A stretch of 64,000 bases of DNA from a cyanobacterium endosymbiont of Rhopalodia gibba (GTDB lineage Bacteria > Cyanobacteriota > Cyanobacteriia > Cyanobacteriales > Microcystaceae), in the NCBI GenBank assembly GCA_045159875.1, contig CP067995.1, positions 2,208,001 through 2,272,000 on the forward strand, written 5' to 3'. Position 1 is the stretch's first letter. Each line of letters starts with the position of its first letter. Positions 34,080 to 45,067 of the stretch are shown piece after piece. The translations under genes were made by a program, and so were the position numbers. The notes under the pieces are model-generated. The model worked only from the letters and a program-made list of their open reading frames with translations. It made no database searches and was not told the origin of the DNA.

Positions 34080-34900
34080 GCAAGTATAGTTTAATTTGTA
34101 TTGCTTTAATTGATATTTTTTAGAGCAGATCTTTTGAGCAAGACCTTGTTTAACTGTTCTAGTAAAATCACATTAAAACATACTTTTAGCAATTGTATAA
34201 GTTTTTATTTAGTACCATCACCTTTTCATTATATTTAATACTGAACTATGAGTTTACAGAAAAAATAGGCACAATTTTTTTTCTCGAGACTGTTTTAGTT
34301 TAGCTTAAAATAAACCACTCGGAGGAACTAAGTAATTATCAAGAATGATTACCACCTCTATTTCTTGGCATTTGCCATCTTCTTTAGCTTCATTTGTTTC
34401 TTTGTCTAAGATTTTTCTATTTTTTATTTCTTTTATTTAGAACATAAATTAATTATTATACTTACTTTTATTGCTTTCTATGTATAGATCTTTTTGAAAA
34501 AACCTCAGATAATTGTTGTCTATTACAAGTTCTTAAGTTCTTTTCTTCTCTTTTTAACTATCTCTCTTTAAAAAATTTTATATTTTATTTATGATTCTTA
34601 GATAGTCTCATAATCCTCATTATACTTTAAGAATATATCTAGAGATTGTTTTTCTAATTGTATCTTGTAATAGTTTCACCCAATCTATAATTTCTTTTAG
34701 TTACCATACTTTTTGATTTAAACATAAAATTTCTATTCCTATCCTTTTCTGCAAGTATTTTGGGGAGCCAAAGTCAACTTTAACAGTGCTTGTTCTTCTA
34801 ATTTAATTAGCTAATTTTTTAGTTTACTTAACATCTAAATGCCATTTTCTTTTGAATATTTCTATATTAGACTAATTTAAATATACCTACATTAATTTAA
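34080..34900 (-). mobile_element. IS630-family transposase remnant (second subgroup)
   Basis: EVVIILDNYLVPPSGLF*AKLKQSREKKLCLFFL*THSSVLNIMKR*WY*IKTYTIAKSMF matches IS630 DDE region VIVQDN.S.H.S......W..KGL.IFFLP.Y.SE.N.IE.EW..LK...IAG.MF. Confidence 0.65.
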
Positions 34901-35169
34901 CATAAATAAGCAACATGATGCTAATAAAGATTACACTGTTAAAAGTAATTTCTATAAATAAACCTCAAAGTATATTAGTATAGTCAGCTATAATAACTTT
35001 GCTCCATTGATGTTACTTTCCCATTTAAGAGTGTTTCTCAAGTAAAAGTTCAGAAAGGAATTTATTTGAGTTAAGTGAATTTTAAAAAGTGGTTATACAA
35101 AACTGGTGATGTAGAATTAACTAGTAAAATACCAGGTTAGAAAACTTCGAAGTTAAAAATTGACAAAAT

Positions 35170-36150
35170 TGATAACTTCATCAATTCTCCATAAAGTCTC
35201 CTTTTAATCAACTTCAATTTATTATTAATACCTTTTACTGTTCCTTGAATTATTTCTTGGTCGAGACAGACAATAACTTTTTTAACTCAAGGCCCGATTG
35301 TTTCACAGCTTTTTCGGAACAATAAATAAGTCTTTTGACACCAATTGACTAATTTTAAGAGTTCTAATATTTAGTAAATCTTAAAGAAATATTTTAATTT
35401 TCTCGTTTATTTAATTAGTGTCTTGGCAAGAAAACTGATGACGATGACGTTTCATATATCTACTTTAGTTTAGTTTTTGTTCCTTAAACAGCTTTTCTTT
35501 TTTTTATGCAAAAAAATTTACTTTTATTTAATCCTAACAGAGTGTTTTATTTTTAATTAGTATTTTTAAGCTTCTTAGCTTCTCGTTAAAAAAATTTTCT
35601 TTGATCATCTAATTAATCGCTAATTTATATCATTTATAGAAAGTCTATTTTCTACTGTTTTAGCTTACTATCTTAATTTATTTACAACATTTTGAGATAT
35701 TTTTTAAAAATTTAAAGGCACTTTTTTATTCTCAGTTTTTGTATACTATTTTTTTATTTCTATGATTTATAGGTTCACTTTTTTTATTAAAAATCAACTG
35801 TCTCAATATCTGAGTTTTCTTCCATCTATAAGTCTCGACCTAAATCTTTAAACATTGTTTCTATTTCTTGTTCATTCACTCAATTTCTTTTGATCACATT
35901 CTAATTTCACTCTTTAAGACTTCTTCGATATTTTTTATATCAGACCTTATCAATCTATGCTGTCTTCTCTTCAAGAAAACTTAACGTTCTTCTCAATTTG
36001 TCTTCACGTTAAACTTTTACCTAAAAAACGCTATATAGAGAAATACATATTTTTTGATTTGAGCGACTTCCGAGAATCAAATTTACAGTTCAATTTTTCT
36101 AAATTCTTATAGTATGAGAACTTAATGTAGTTTTTTTAAAACTTATTAAT
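35170..36150 (-). mobile_element. ISL3-family transposase remnant, near full length but riddled with stops
   Basis: IEEVLKSEIR / VNEQEIETMFKDLGRDL / MI*ISD*LDDQRK / LLGLNKSKF / LLKLVNWCQKTYLLFRKSCETIGP*VKKVIVCLDQEIIQGTVKGINNKLKLIKRRLYG; the last segment is the ISL3 EGINNKLKLIKRRAYG signature. Confidence 0.85.
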
Positions 36151-36410
36151 AATTTTCTTAAACAAATAAATAAACAGGAAAATATTTGCTAGCACAGCTG
36201 ATTTTTTTGCCAAATGAGAACTCGTTAATTTTTAGTTATTTGGCTATTTAGATAAGATTCTGATAAAAACGGGTTAAAATTTTCCCGATTTGTTTAAAAC
36301 AATCGCTGAGAAGTTAAAGTTATTCAGGCAAATAAGATAATTACCTAGAAGAAGAAATCGAACTTATCATAAATATGGTAAAGATGAGAACCTCATTATA
36401 GTTGTTATCC

Positions 36411-36605
36411 TCAGCGTCGATTGCTTTGCGCGCTGTAGAAAATACCTAAAAAAGTTGAGATAGCTATCAATATCAGCGCTATCCCTCCTGGAAAAAAGCT
36501 CAAAATCTTTGTTCCTCTCAATATATAAAATGTGAGTGTTATTAGTAACGAGATTATGAAAAGATAAGGGATGGAGGCAGTCTTGGAACGAGTTGATTTG
36601 CTCAT
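36411..36605 (-). CDS. Small two-TM hypothetical membrane protein
   Basis: 64-aa ORF with two hydrophobic segments around ILRG..ILSF.PGG, a pattern seen in small cyanobacterial membrane proteins. Confidence 0.6.
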   Translation of the reverse strand: MSKSTRSKTASIPYLFIISLLITLTFYILRGTKILSFFPGGIALILIAISTFLGIFYSAQSNRR

Positions 36606-36800
36606 AAACTATAATAGCAGCACAAGGAACAATCATGACATTACATTAATGTCATCAGTATATCAACTTACAATATTTTTAAATTTCATTAAAGTACTAA
36701 ACATTATAATTAGTACTTTTTTTCTGTAAACATCAGTGAAAGTAGACCTCTAATTTATTAAAACTGTAAAGATTCTTTATAAAGGTTCAAGTTTGATACT

Positions 36801-37213
<413 letters not shown>

Positions 37214-37219
37214 AATAAA

Positions 37220-37470
37220 GTTAAGTAGAATTTTAGTTCTTCTTGATACAAGATAGCTTTCAAATCAACCGATGCTACCTACCAAACTTCATCTCCTGAC
37301 TTACTAATCAATAGTTATGTTGCAATTTTCCCAGGATAAGAAGGGATAACTAAATTACCGACCACGATTTTATAAGAAAGACTTTGGACATTGTTAAAGA
37401 AAACAGTGGCAGTAACACTCATTCAGTTCAGCACTAACCCCATTACCTAGTAATGTGATAATTCTCCCTG
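37220..37470 (-). pseudogene. Unidentified pseudogene fragment
   Basis: Protein-like minus-strand frame FNNVQSLSYKIVVGNLVIPSYPGKIAT*LLISKSGDEVW*VASVDLKAILYQEELKFYL with two stops; family not recognised. Confidence 0.35.
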
Positions 37471-37796
37471 TTAGTTTTCTTCGTTCTTCAATATACTTTG
37501 TAAGTCATAAGAATATAGAAAGTAGTGTAATCGCCAAAATATTGCCTCAAAGAATAATTTCCACAAAAGGAAACAATAGAACAAAATACTAAGTAAATAA
37601 AAATCATACCTAAAAAAATCTTATAACCATATTGATAATATTCAAACAACTTTTCATAAAAAAAAATGTAAAAATAGTTGATTATCAAAAGATCTTACTT
37701 TAACTAACCATCAAGTGAGCCAATGTCTAATCTCTATAGAATTAAACGATTCATCAACCTTGCTCACTTGATGAATGTCACCACATTAACCAAACT

Positions 37797-38945
37797 TTAG
37801 TTTAAGGTCGTTAACTGAGCATTTTGATAGTAATGACTGACAATTTGTTCATAGGAAATACCTTGTTCTGCTAGGTAATGACTGCCCCATTGACTCAGAC
37901 CAATACCGTGTCCATAACCCCTACCATCAATTTGGAACGTTTCATCATTGGCAGAAACAGTAAATAAGGTACTCTTCAAATCGAGAGCTTTTCGTAAATT
38001 GTCATCAGTAATATTTTTAGAACCGTGAGTTCCTACTACTTTCAGGGTAATAATTCGTCCGTGAGGGGTCGTTCGTTGGGGAATCAGTGATCGTACTGCT
38101 CCTATACCACCGATGAGTTGTCCCATTTGACCAGCACTAAAAGACTTACGCCATTGGAAAACGGGGGCAAGTTGATCGTAGTCCACCACGCCACGCAGAT
38201 AAGGTAGAGGGGAACTCCAAACATCTTCAACATTTTCGGTATGACCTCCAGACGAAGAATGGAAGGCGGCCAAGATCACCTTGCCATTATGGGTTAATAC
38301 CTGACCGGCTGTCCCATTAACCGCTTCATGAGTCGTGACAAATTCAGTTTCTAACCCCTTATACACCTGGGTTTTAGTGGTTGTATCAAGATCGTAGTAA
38401 CGATTCTTTGCCTGAGAACTTTTGTAGAGAGCGTAGGTGCGGGCAACCACAGCTTGGGATTTAAGGGCTTCCATTGGCCAGGTTGGATAAGCTTCTGACC
38501 CCACCACACTGTAAAGATATTCCTCTAAATCGACCAAATTAACTGCCGTTACCCCATGTCCCTGACGAATTAGTCGTACCTTGCCCCGATACCAACGATC
38601 ACCGATCCAAATAGAGCCGTTTTTAGTAGGTTCGATGACAATTTGATTGGAATTCCATTGATCGAGATTCACTCCACTAAGACGAGGCTTCACAGCAAAA
38701 GCCTCTAACTGAGTCAATTCTCCCAATTTGCGGCCTGATCCATCGCGGACTATAGCAAGGGTAGAACTTCCCACTTTGATGGTACCAACACTCTTTTCAA
38801 TGGCAACTCTTAATTCAGTAGCCCCTTGAGCTGGAAAACTCAAAATCATCCAAATTATTCCTATTAACCAGCCATAGCGTCCCAACAAAATCTGTAAGAG
38901 TTTGAACGTCCAGACTCTATAATCTAAATCATGTTTTTGTGACAT
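37797..38945 (-). CDS. SpoIID/LytB-domain protein (peptidoglycan lytic transglycosylase/amidase enhancer type)
   Basis: VNLVDLEEYLYSVVGSE, EALKSQAVVARTYAL, FHSSSGGHTE, GRGYGHGIGLSQWGS. Confidence 0.92.
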   Translation of the reverse strand: MSQKHDLDYRVWTFKLLQILLGRYGWLIGIIWMILSFPAQGATELRVAIEKSVGTIKVGSSTLAIVRDGSGRKLGELTQLEAFAVKPRLSGVNLDQWNSNQIVIEPTKNGSIWIGDRWYRGKVRLIRQGHGVTAVNLVDLEEYLYSVVGSEAYPTWPMEALKSQAVVARTYALYKSSQAKNRYYDLDTTTKTQVYKGLETEFVTTHEAVNGTAGQVLTHNGKVILAAFHSSSGGHTENVEDVWSSPLPYLRGVVDYDQLAPVFQWRKSFSAGQMGQLIGGIGAVRSLIPQRTTPHGRIITLKVVGTHGSKNITDDNLRKALDLKSTLFTVSANDETFQIDGRGYGHGIGLSQWGSHYLAEQGISYEQIVSHYYQNAQLTTLN

Positions 38946-39039
38946 TTGCTTGTTCTCCTCACACACATCCACAAATATGAAAATCTTATCGCAAAATTCA
39001 AGGGATTTGAGAGGTGATTACACATACTGAAAAAACTTC

Positions 39040-39366
39040 GGATGGATAGTTGAGATAAATTTAACTCTGTAAAGACATTTAAATCAACTAAATTAACCAT
39101 GTTCACGTCATTTCCCTGGAATAATTTATCGTACTTTGCCTCAATACCAGCGATTACTGATCTAGAATAAAGCCGTCTTTGGTAGGTTCAATGACAATTG
39201 AACTGAAATTCCATTGATTGGGACTCACTCTACCACAATAAGCTTTCAAAGCAAAAGTCTCTAAACTAAAGTCTATTCTTTTAATTTACGGACTGCCCCA
39301 TCGCGGACTATAACAGGGGTGAAACTCCCCACCTTGAGGATCCCAACGCCTTTTTTAATAGCAACA
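39040..39366 (-). pseudogene. Decayed tandem paralogue of the adjacent SpoIID/LytB gene (N-terminal third)
   Basis: Direct nucleotide similarity to 38480-38810, e.g. ccatcgcggactata in both, gtaggttcaatgacaatt vs gtaggttcgatgacaatt, aattccattgat in both. Confidence 0.85.
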
Positions 39367-39389
39367 ATTATATATTGTTCTTTCTTGTA

Positions 39390-39690
39390 TGAGCCTTTTC
39401 TCAAAAAAACAGGCAACTCTCCAGTGAAAAATCTAGCTTTAAGACGCCGAGTAATTGCGACTCTACTCTATCTACCGCTTGTCTTTGATAGAACAATATA
39501 GAGAGGTAAACACCATTAGGATAGGGAAACATCCATTTAAATCATATCAACTTTTTTCTCTTTTGCTATTCTTAATCATTTCTTCTACATTCTCTGTTCT
39601 TTTGACATTCAACTCAGCACGTTTGGTAAAAGTTTTTAAAGACACGCAAAAGTTAATGGGATCGTCTTCTAAGATCAGAATGCTTTTCAT
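39390..39690 (-). pseudogene. DivK-like single-domain response regulator pseudogene
   Basis: MKSILILEDDPINFCVSLKTFTKRAELNVKRTENVEEMIK / KVDMI*MDVSLS / YQRQAVD / AITRRLKA...ELPVFL matches cyanobacterial MKTVLIVEDD.IN.RVFSKILTKRGGL.VK.TENVEEV...ILMDVSL; frameshifted, C-terminus deleted. Confidence 0.82.
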
Positions 39691-40058
39691 AGACCCCTAA
39701 GGGATTATCTTGTCTTGGACCACAAAAAGATAGATTACTGATTTTTAGTGATTTGGGTAAGATTAAAGAGACTATCAAGCTACTCCAAGAAACAGGAATG
39801 AATCGACCAACTTGATATCTGATTAGACATAAACTCCCATAAACTAAGTTAAATCAGCTCTACCGGACTGACCCTCTGGCTTTAAATTAGGAAGAGATTC
39901 AACTAAGTTTTTGAGTAATATCTTAACAGTCAACGCGAATTGCTAATGGTTAACCTACATCCAATGCAATTTATCCACAAGTTGCTTAGTGATCAGGTTA
40001 AGTTAAATTTAAGGATTCTTATTGTAAACCGACGGAATATTCTTATCAAGAAACTTCA

Positions 40059-42575
40059 ATGACAAGACAGCTAAACATATTAGGGACGGGTAAAATTATC
40101 CCAACCGCATTGCATACAGAAATGCAACGCTCTTATCTTGAATATGCCATGAGCGTTATTGTCGGGCGGGCTTTACCTGATGTTCGTGATGGACTTAAGC
40201 CCGTTCACAGACGCATTCTTTATGCAATGTATGAATTGGGATTAACCCCTGATCGCCCTTTTCGTAAATGCGCTAGGGTAGTCGGAGATGTGTTAGGAAA
40301 ATATCATCCCCATGGTGATCAGGCGGTATATGATGCCCTGGTGCGGATGGTACAAAATTTTTCGAGTCGTTATCCTCTCTTATCAGGTCACGGAAACTTT
40401 GGGTCGGTGGATAATGATCCTCCCGCAGCAATGCGCTACACGGAAACAAGACTGTCTGCCATTGCTAATCGCGGGATGTTGAACGATATTAGCGAATCAA
40501 CTGTCGATTTTACTAATAATTTCGATAATTCTCAACAAGAACCCGTTGTTTTACCCGCTCAACTCCCCATTTTACTCCTCAATGGGTGTACTGGAATTGC
40601 TGTGGGAATGGCGACAAGTATTCCCCCCCACAATTTAGGGGAATTAGTTGATGGATTAATTGCTCTGATCGATAACCCCGATGTTTCTGATGAGAAGTTA
40701 TGGAAAATTATTCCTGGTCCTGATTTTCCTACTGGAGGGCAAATTATTAACACAAACGGCGTCAAGGAAGCTTACGCGACAGGACGAGGCATAATTCCTA
40801 TTCGGGGAGTGACTCGGATTGAAACTTTAAATGTGGGACGACGAAGACGCAAAGAACGCACCGCCATTATCGTCACAGAATTACCTTATCAAGTCAATAA
40901 GTCCAGTTGGATTGAAAAAATGGCAGTTCTAGTTAACCAAGGAAGCCTAGAGGGCATTGCCGATATTCGGGATGAGAGTGATCGCACAGGAATGCGGGTT
41001 GTTATTGAATTAAAACGGGATGCTAACTCCAATACTGTCTTGAAAAAACTTTATAAAAAAACTGCTCTACAAAGTAATTTTGGGATAATTTCATTAGCTT
41101 TAGTGGATAATAAACCTTGTCAGCTTTCCTTGCGTCAGTTATTAGAAGAATTCTTAAAATTTCGAGAACAAACCCTAACACGGCAATATAGCTATGAGTT
41201 GAAAGAAGCACAAAACCGTGTCCACTTATTGGAGGGGTTGTTAATAGCTCTCGATAATCTTGATCAGGTTATTGATATTTTACGAAATGCTGCCGATGGA
41301 ACTACTGCCAAATTCAGGTTTCAAAAAGAATTAGGAATTAGTGATCCTCAAGCTAACGCTATTTTGGCAATGCCAATGCGTCGTTTAACAGGGTTAGAAC
41401 AGCAGAAGTTACAGGACGAATATTATGAATTACAAACTCGTATAAATGAATTACAAACTCTATTAAATGACCGTCATGAACTGTTAAAAAGGCTTAAGAA
41501 AAATCTGCGATCACTAAAACGTAATTTTAGTGATTCTCGTCGTACTACAATAGTTACTCCCACCAGAGATACGAAAGCTAAATCAACACAAAGTGAGCCT
41601 AAACCCAAATCATCTTTCTCTAAACAAGAGAATAATTCAGAAAAAAAATCACAATCTTCGGAGTTGACCCAGCCATTAGCCTTCTTTTCTTTTCAAAAAC
41701 CCCCTGAAGATGCAATTTTAGAGATTACTCATAGTAGTGAAGTAGCTTGGCGATCACCTGGGGACAAAGGACTTGAGCATCTTGTTTATTCTGTAGCCAT
41801 TGGACAAAAAACCGAGTTAATAGTGATTACTGATGCCAGCAAAGCTTATCCTATCACCGTATCGGAAATTCCTCCTGTCACAATTCAGTCAATTTCTCTG
41901 TTGAGTCTTTTGACGAAAGGGACGCAACGAGATGTAAATCAGGTTATTTATTCAGGTTTTCTGCCTCAAAACCTGGAAAATCAAGATTTATTATTATTAA
42001 CTAAACTTGGGCGCATTAAACGCATTGCCATGTCCCAATTGAGCAGTTTAACTAATCGAGGATTAGTCTTGGTGAAACTTAAAGACGGTGATCGTCTTGA
42101 CTATGCTTGTCCTATCCAAGAAGGGCAAGAAGTCGTGATTGCTACGTCAGGAGGACGTGTATTACGCCTTTCAGTTACTGATGAGATGATTGGCGTAATG
42201 GGACGAAATGCGCAAGGAAATCAGGCTTTAAAATTACGCTATGGAGAAACTTTAGTCGGTTGTATTACTCTAGGTATCGAGGAAGATATTCTCTTGATTT
42301 CAAGTCTTGGTTATGGTAAACGCTTGTCTTTAAAAAACATCAGAGCAGGAAAGTTAGGGGATATTGGTCATCAATGTCTACAATTCAAAAGTAAAACAGA
42401 TGCTTTGGGGGGAATTATATTAGCTAAAGACAAAGGAGAAATTACCTTACTCACCGATCACAAGCGTTCTTTAGTTGTTCCGATTAGTTCAATTCCATTT
42501 TTGGGTAAAGATGGCACAGGGGATAGGTTAGTCAAACTCCAATCAGAAGAAACAATTATTACTGTATTAAACTGA
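40059..42575 (+). CDS. DNA gyrase/topoisomerase IV subunit A paralogue (no GyrA-box seen; ParC-like)
   Basis: [22 protein letters not shown], catalytic [16 protein letters not shown]-terminal beta-pinwheel repeats. Confidence 0.93.
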   Translation: MTRQLNILGTGKIIPTALHTEMQRSYLEYAMSVIVGRALPDVRDGLKPVHRRILYAMYELGLTPDRPFRKCARVVGDVLGKYHPHGDQAVYDALVRMVQNFSSRYPLLSGHGNFGSVDNDPPAAMRYTETRLSAIANRGMLNDISESTVDFTNNFDNSQQEPVVLPAQLPILLLNGCTGIAVGMATSIPPHNLGELVDGLIALIDNPDVSDEKLWKIIPGPDFPTGGQIINTNGVKEAYATGRGIIPIRGVTRIETLNVGRRRRKERTAIIVTELPYQVNKSSWIEKMAVLVNQGSLEGIADIRDESDRTGMRVVIELKRDANSNTVLKKLYKKTALQSNFGIISLALVDNKPCQLSLRQLLEEFLKFREQTLTRQYSYELKEAQNRVHLLEGLLIALDNLDQVIDILRNAADGTTAKFRFQKELGISDPQANAILAMPMRRLTGLEQQKLQDEYYELQTRINELQTLLNDRHELLKRLKKNLRSLKRNFSDSRRTTIVTPTRDTKAKSTQSEPKPKSSFSKQENNSEKKSQSSELTQPLAFFSFQKPPEDAILEITHSSEVAWRSPGDKGLEHLVYSVAIGQKTELIVITDASKAYPITVSEIPPVTIQSISLLSLLTKGTQRDVNQVIYSGFLPQNLENQDLLLLTKLGRIKRIAMSQLSSLTNRGLVLVKLKDGDRLDYACPIQEGQEVVIATSGGRVLRLSVTDEMIGVMGRNAQGNQALKLRYGETLVGCITLGIEEDILLISSLGYGKRLSLKNIRAGKLGDIGHQCLQFKSKTDALGGIILAKDKGEITLLTDHKRSLVVPISSIPFLGKDGTGDRLVKLQSEETIITVLN

Positions 42576-42903
42576 CTAAATTCCTTATCGCCCTGCTGTA
42601 CTCAATGTAATAACAGAAAAATTTTATGTTTTTTAGGATAAGTTAGGCAAAGACTTTGTTGTGAAAAGAGGGTTTTCTCTGCGATGTAACCAGCTCTAAT
42701 GGTTAACTATGCAGTTTGTACCGGGCTGTCAGGAGAGTAACTTTATTAACGTGACTTCAATGGAAGTTTGGGGAAAGCATTTACTAATCTAGTCAACTAA
42801 AATTATTTTGTAGAACATATGTCCTGAGCAATGATGTTACTATGTTATTTTTTGCTAATTTTTTAAAAAAAAATACAAAAATTAGTATGGTTTGCTCTAC
42901 TTC

Positions 42904-42945
42904 TAGACCTTGCGTAAACTCATTCATGAGTTTACGCAAGGTCTA
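42904..42945. repeat. Perfect 20-bp inverted repeat (2-nt spacer)
   Basis: tagaccttgcgtaaactcat-tc-atgagtttacgcaaggtcta. Confidence 0.9.
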
Positions 42946-43479
42946 AGATGATAGATTACTCAAAAAATTTTTTTTTGACAAATATCAACAAGTATTTTAA
43001 GTCACTATACTAAATTTGATTGTTTTACTTTTATAAAAAATCACAGAAACCCTAACTAACTTGACTAATAATAAGTTAAACTTTAAATCTATTTTTTAAT
43101 TTTACTGAGGATATCACAATAATTCAGCAAGACTTCTTACATTTAATTAAATGTCTCTCAATACTAATGAACTCAAGTATCATATACCAAGGTACAAAAC
43201 ATTTCTGTTTGCTCTAATTCTAGAGAGTAAGCTAACAAATATTAGCTAGTAATTCTTTCAGAAATTTTCTACTTTTTGCTATACTGCTATCTGGCATTAT
43301 CTTTTATTAATAAGACTTCTTTTAAGAGTTAACTTTTTCTAAGTTGGTAGATAATCTAACTCATTTTCTCCATTTTTAGTAAAGTTATTCCTAATAAGAG
43401 CACTCTTAACAAGTCGAATCTAGCTAACATTGACAGTTTTTATCCTAAATTAGGTTATTTATCTTTAAAATACTTAAAT

Positions 43480-44142
43480 TTCATAGAATATCTTTTTAAT
43501 TGAAGATTTTCCTTCAAAGTATTCTGAAATTTGACGATATGCTCAAGAATTGTTGGTGTCACTTCTCGCTTGTCTGGTATATCATTGATAGACTTCAACC
43601 AAATATTGGGATAACGACATCTTTGCTCCAGGAATAGTCTCCATTGTACGAAAAGTTCTGAACAAATTGTCTTCTATCTTTTTCTCTCCGATTTTATATC
43701 CCATTATTCTTTTAGATTATTTTTATGTTCTCAGTCCTATTTTTCTAAGTAAAAAATTTTATAATCAGCTTTACTTACTAATCTTATTCAAGAATACCAC
43801 TAGTTACCCATAACTTTATCCTTTGCAATTATCATGAGGTAATGCCACCTTCATTTGTGAGAATTAATAGAGGATTTCCTCTTAATTGTTTATTAATTCT
43901 AACTGTGTTTCTGAGGTATATCAATCAATTCCTCATTTCCCAACACTCGAATAAACAGCGATTTACACTTTTTTGCCCAATTTGCTCTTGTAATTTGAGT
44001 GAATGGTCAGTTAGTAGTTTGACAAATCCTTAGATATACAGTTATCCATAGCCATGGCTTACCATAGCAATTCTCTCTAATAGAACTCTAAACTTTTGTT
44101 CTGATTGGCTTTAATTGCACTATAGGTCCCTCAAAATATCAT
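43480..44142 (-). pseudogene. Unidentified pseudogene
   Basis: Less AT-rich patch; minus-strand frame QKFRVLLERIAMVSHGYG*LYI*GFVKLLTDHSLKLQEQIGQKSVNRCLFECWEMRN*LIYL... is protein-like with scattered stops; family not recognised. Confidence 0.35.
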
Positions 44143-44389
44143 ATATCTATTTTTGTTTTTAGATATATCTTTTCAGTTTTTTAAAGTTTTAAAAGTAAAT
44201 TTTTAATAATTTTTTCTTTTATAAGATATTTTTTTTATAAATTAATTTTGAAATTCAACAAAAGTATTTAAACTTTCTTTTACTTTATCTTTTTATTTTT
44301 TATCAAATCTCTTTAAGATGCTTTTTTTTAAAAATAATTTTAATTATAAATATTTTTTACTTCTTAAACACTTATTACTTGGCTTGGCT

Positions 44390-44712
44390 AAACTAATATA
44401 CAAAATTTTTTTTAGGTATGATTTTTGTCAAAATTATTTTATTAACAAGTGTTTTTATAACTAGATTTAGTCTTCCTAATTATCAATAAAATATAAAGCG
44501 AAAGTCTATAAAAATAATTGATTAAATTTTACTTTAAAAGCATTCTTTGATTGAAGTAGTCAATGATAAACTTAAACACATCTTTTAGATTAAACGTTTT
44601 AAAAATTGAAGTATTTAGAATTGTTTTAGTCTTTATTACTAGCAGTTGCTATTTTATATAATCGTCAACTTCGTCGTATTTTTACTTACATATTGAGAAT
44701 AACAACTATATC
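44390..44712 (+). mobile_element. IS982-family transposase remnant (C-terminal part), copy 1
   Basis: IKIID*ILL*KHSLIEVVNDKLKHIF*IKRFKN*SI*NCF matches IS982 [31 protein letters not shown]..N. Confidence 0.75.
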
Positions 44713-45067
44713 TTTAAATCTCATCAAACTAACACAGGAAGAAATTTAAAGTGATACAATGATTGTTTCTACCAGCAAACTAACAACCACAACAAACATT
44801 GGGATATTTACTTTTTCTAGAAAACTTCCTCAAGATAGAATGCAGAGAGTAGACTATGATATTTCCGATATCCTTATATGATGTATTACCAGAGAATATC
44901 GATGTTATCCTCCTATTCATGAAGCTGCTGCAATCATGTTACATTTGTGTCAGTCAGAATTATATAAATCTGCTGCTGGAAGCTGATCAAGAACTCTTAA
45001 AGGAGATACCAGTTAGAATTCTAGTCATTATTTCTCAGTAGTAACCTTGAAAAAAAATCAACTTTTC

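Noticed and set aside
39319..39700. ORFs 39319-39501 and 39455-39700 (+)
   Set aside because: They are antisense to the DivK-like and spoIID pseudogene relics.
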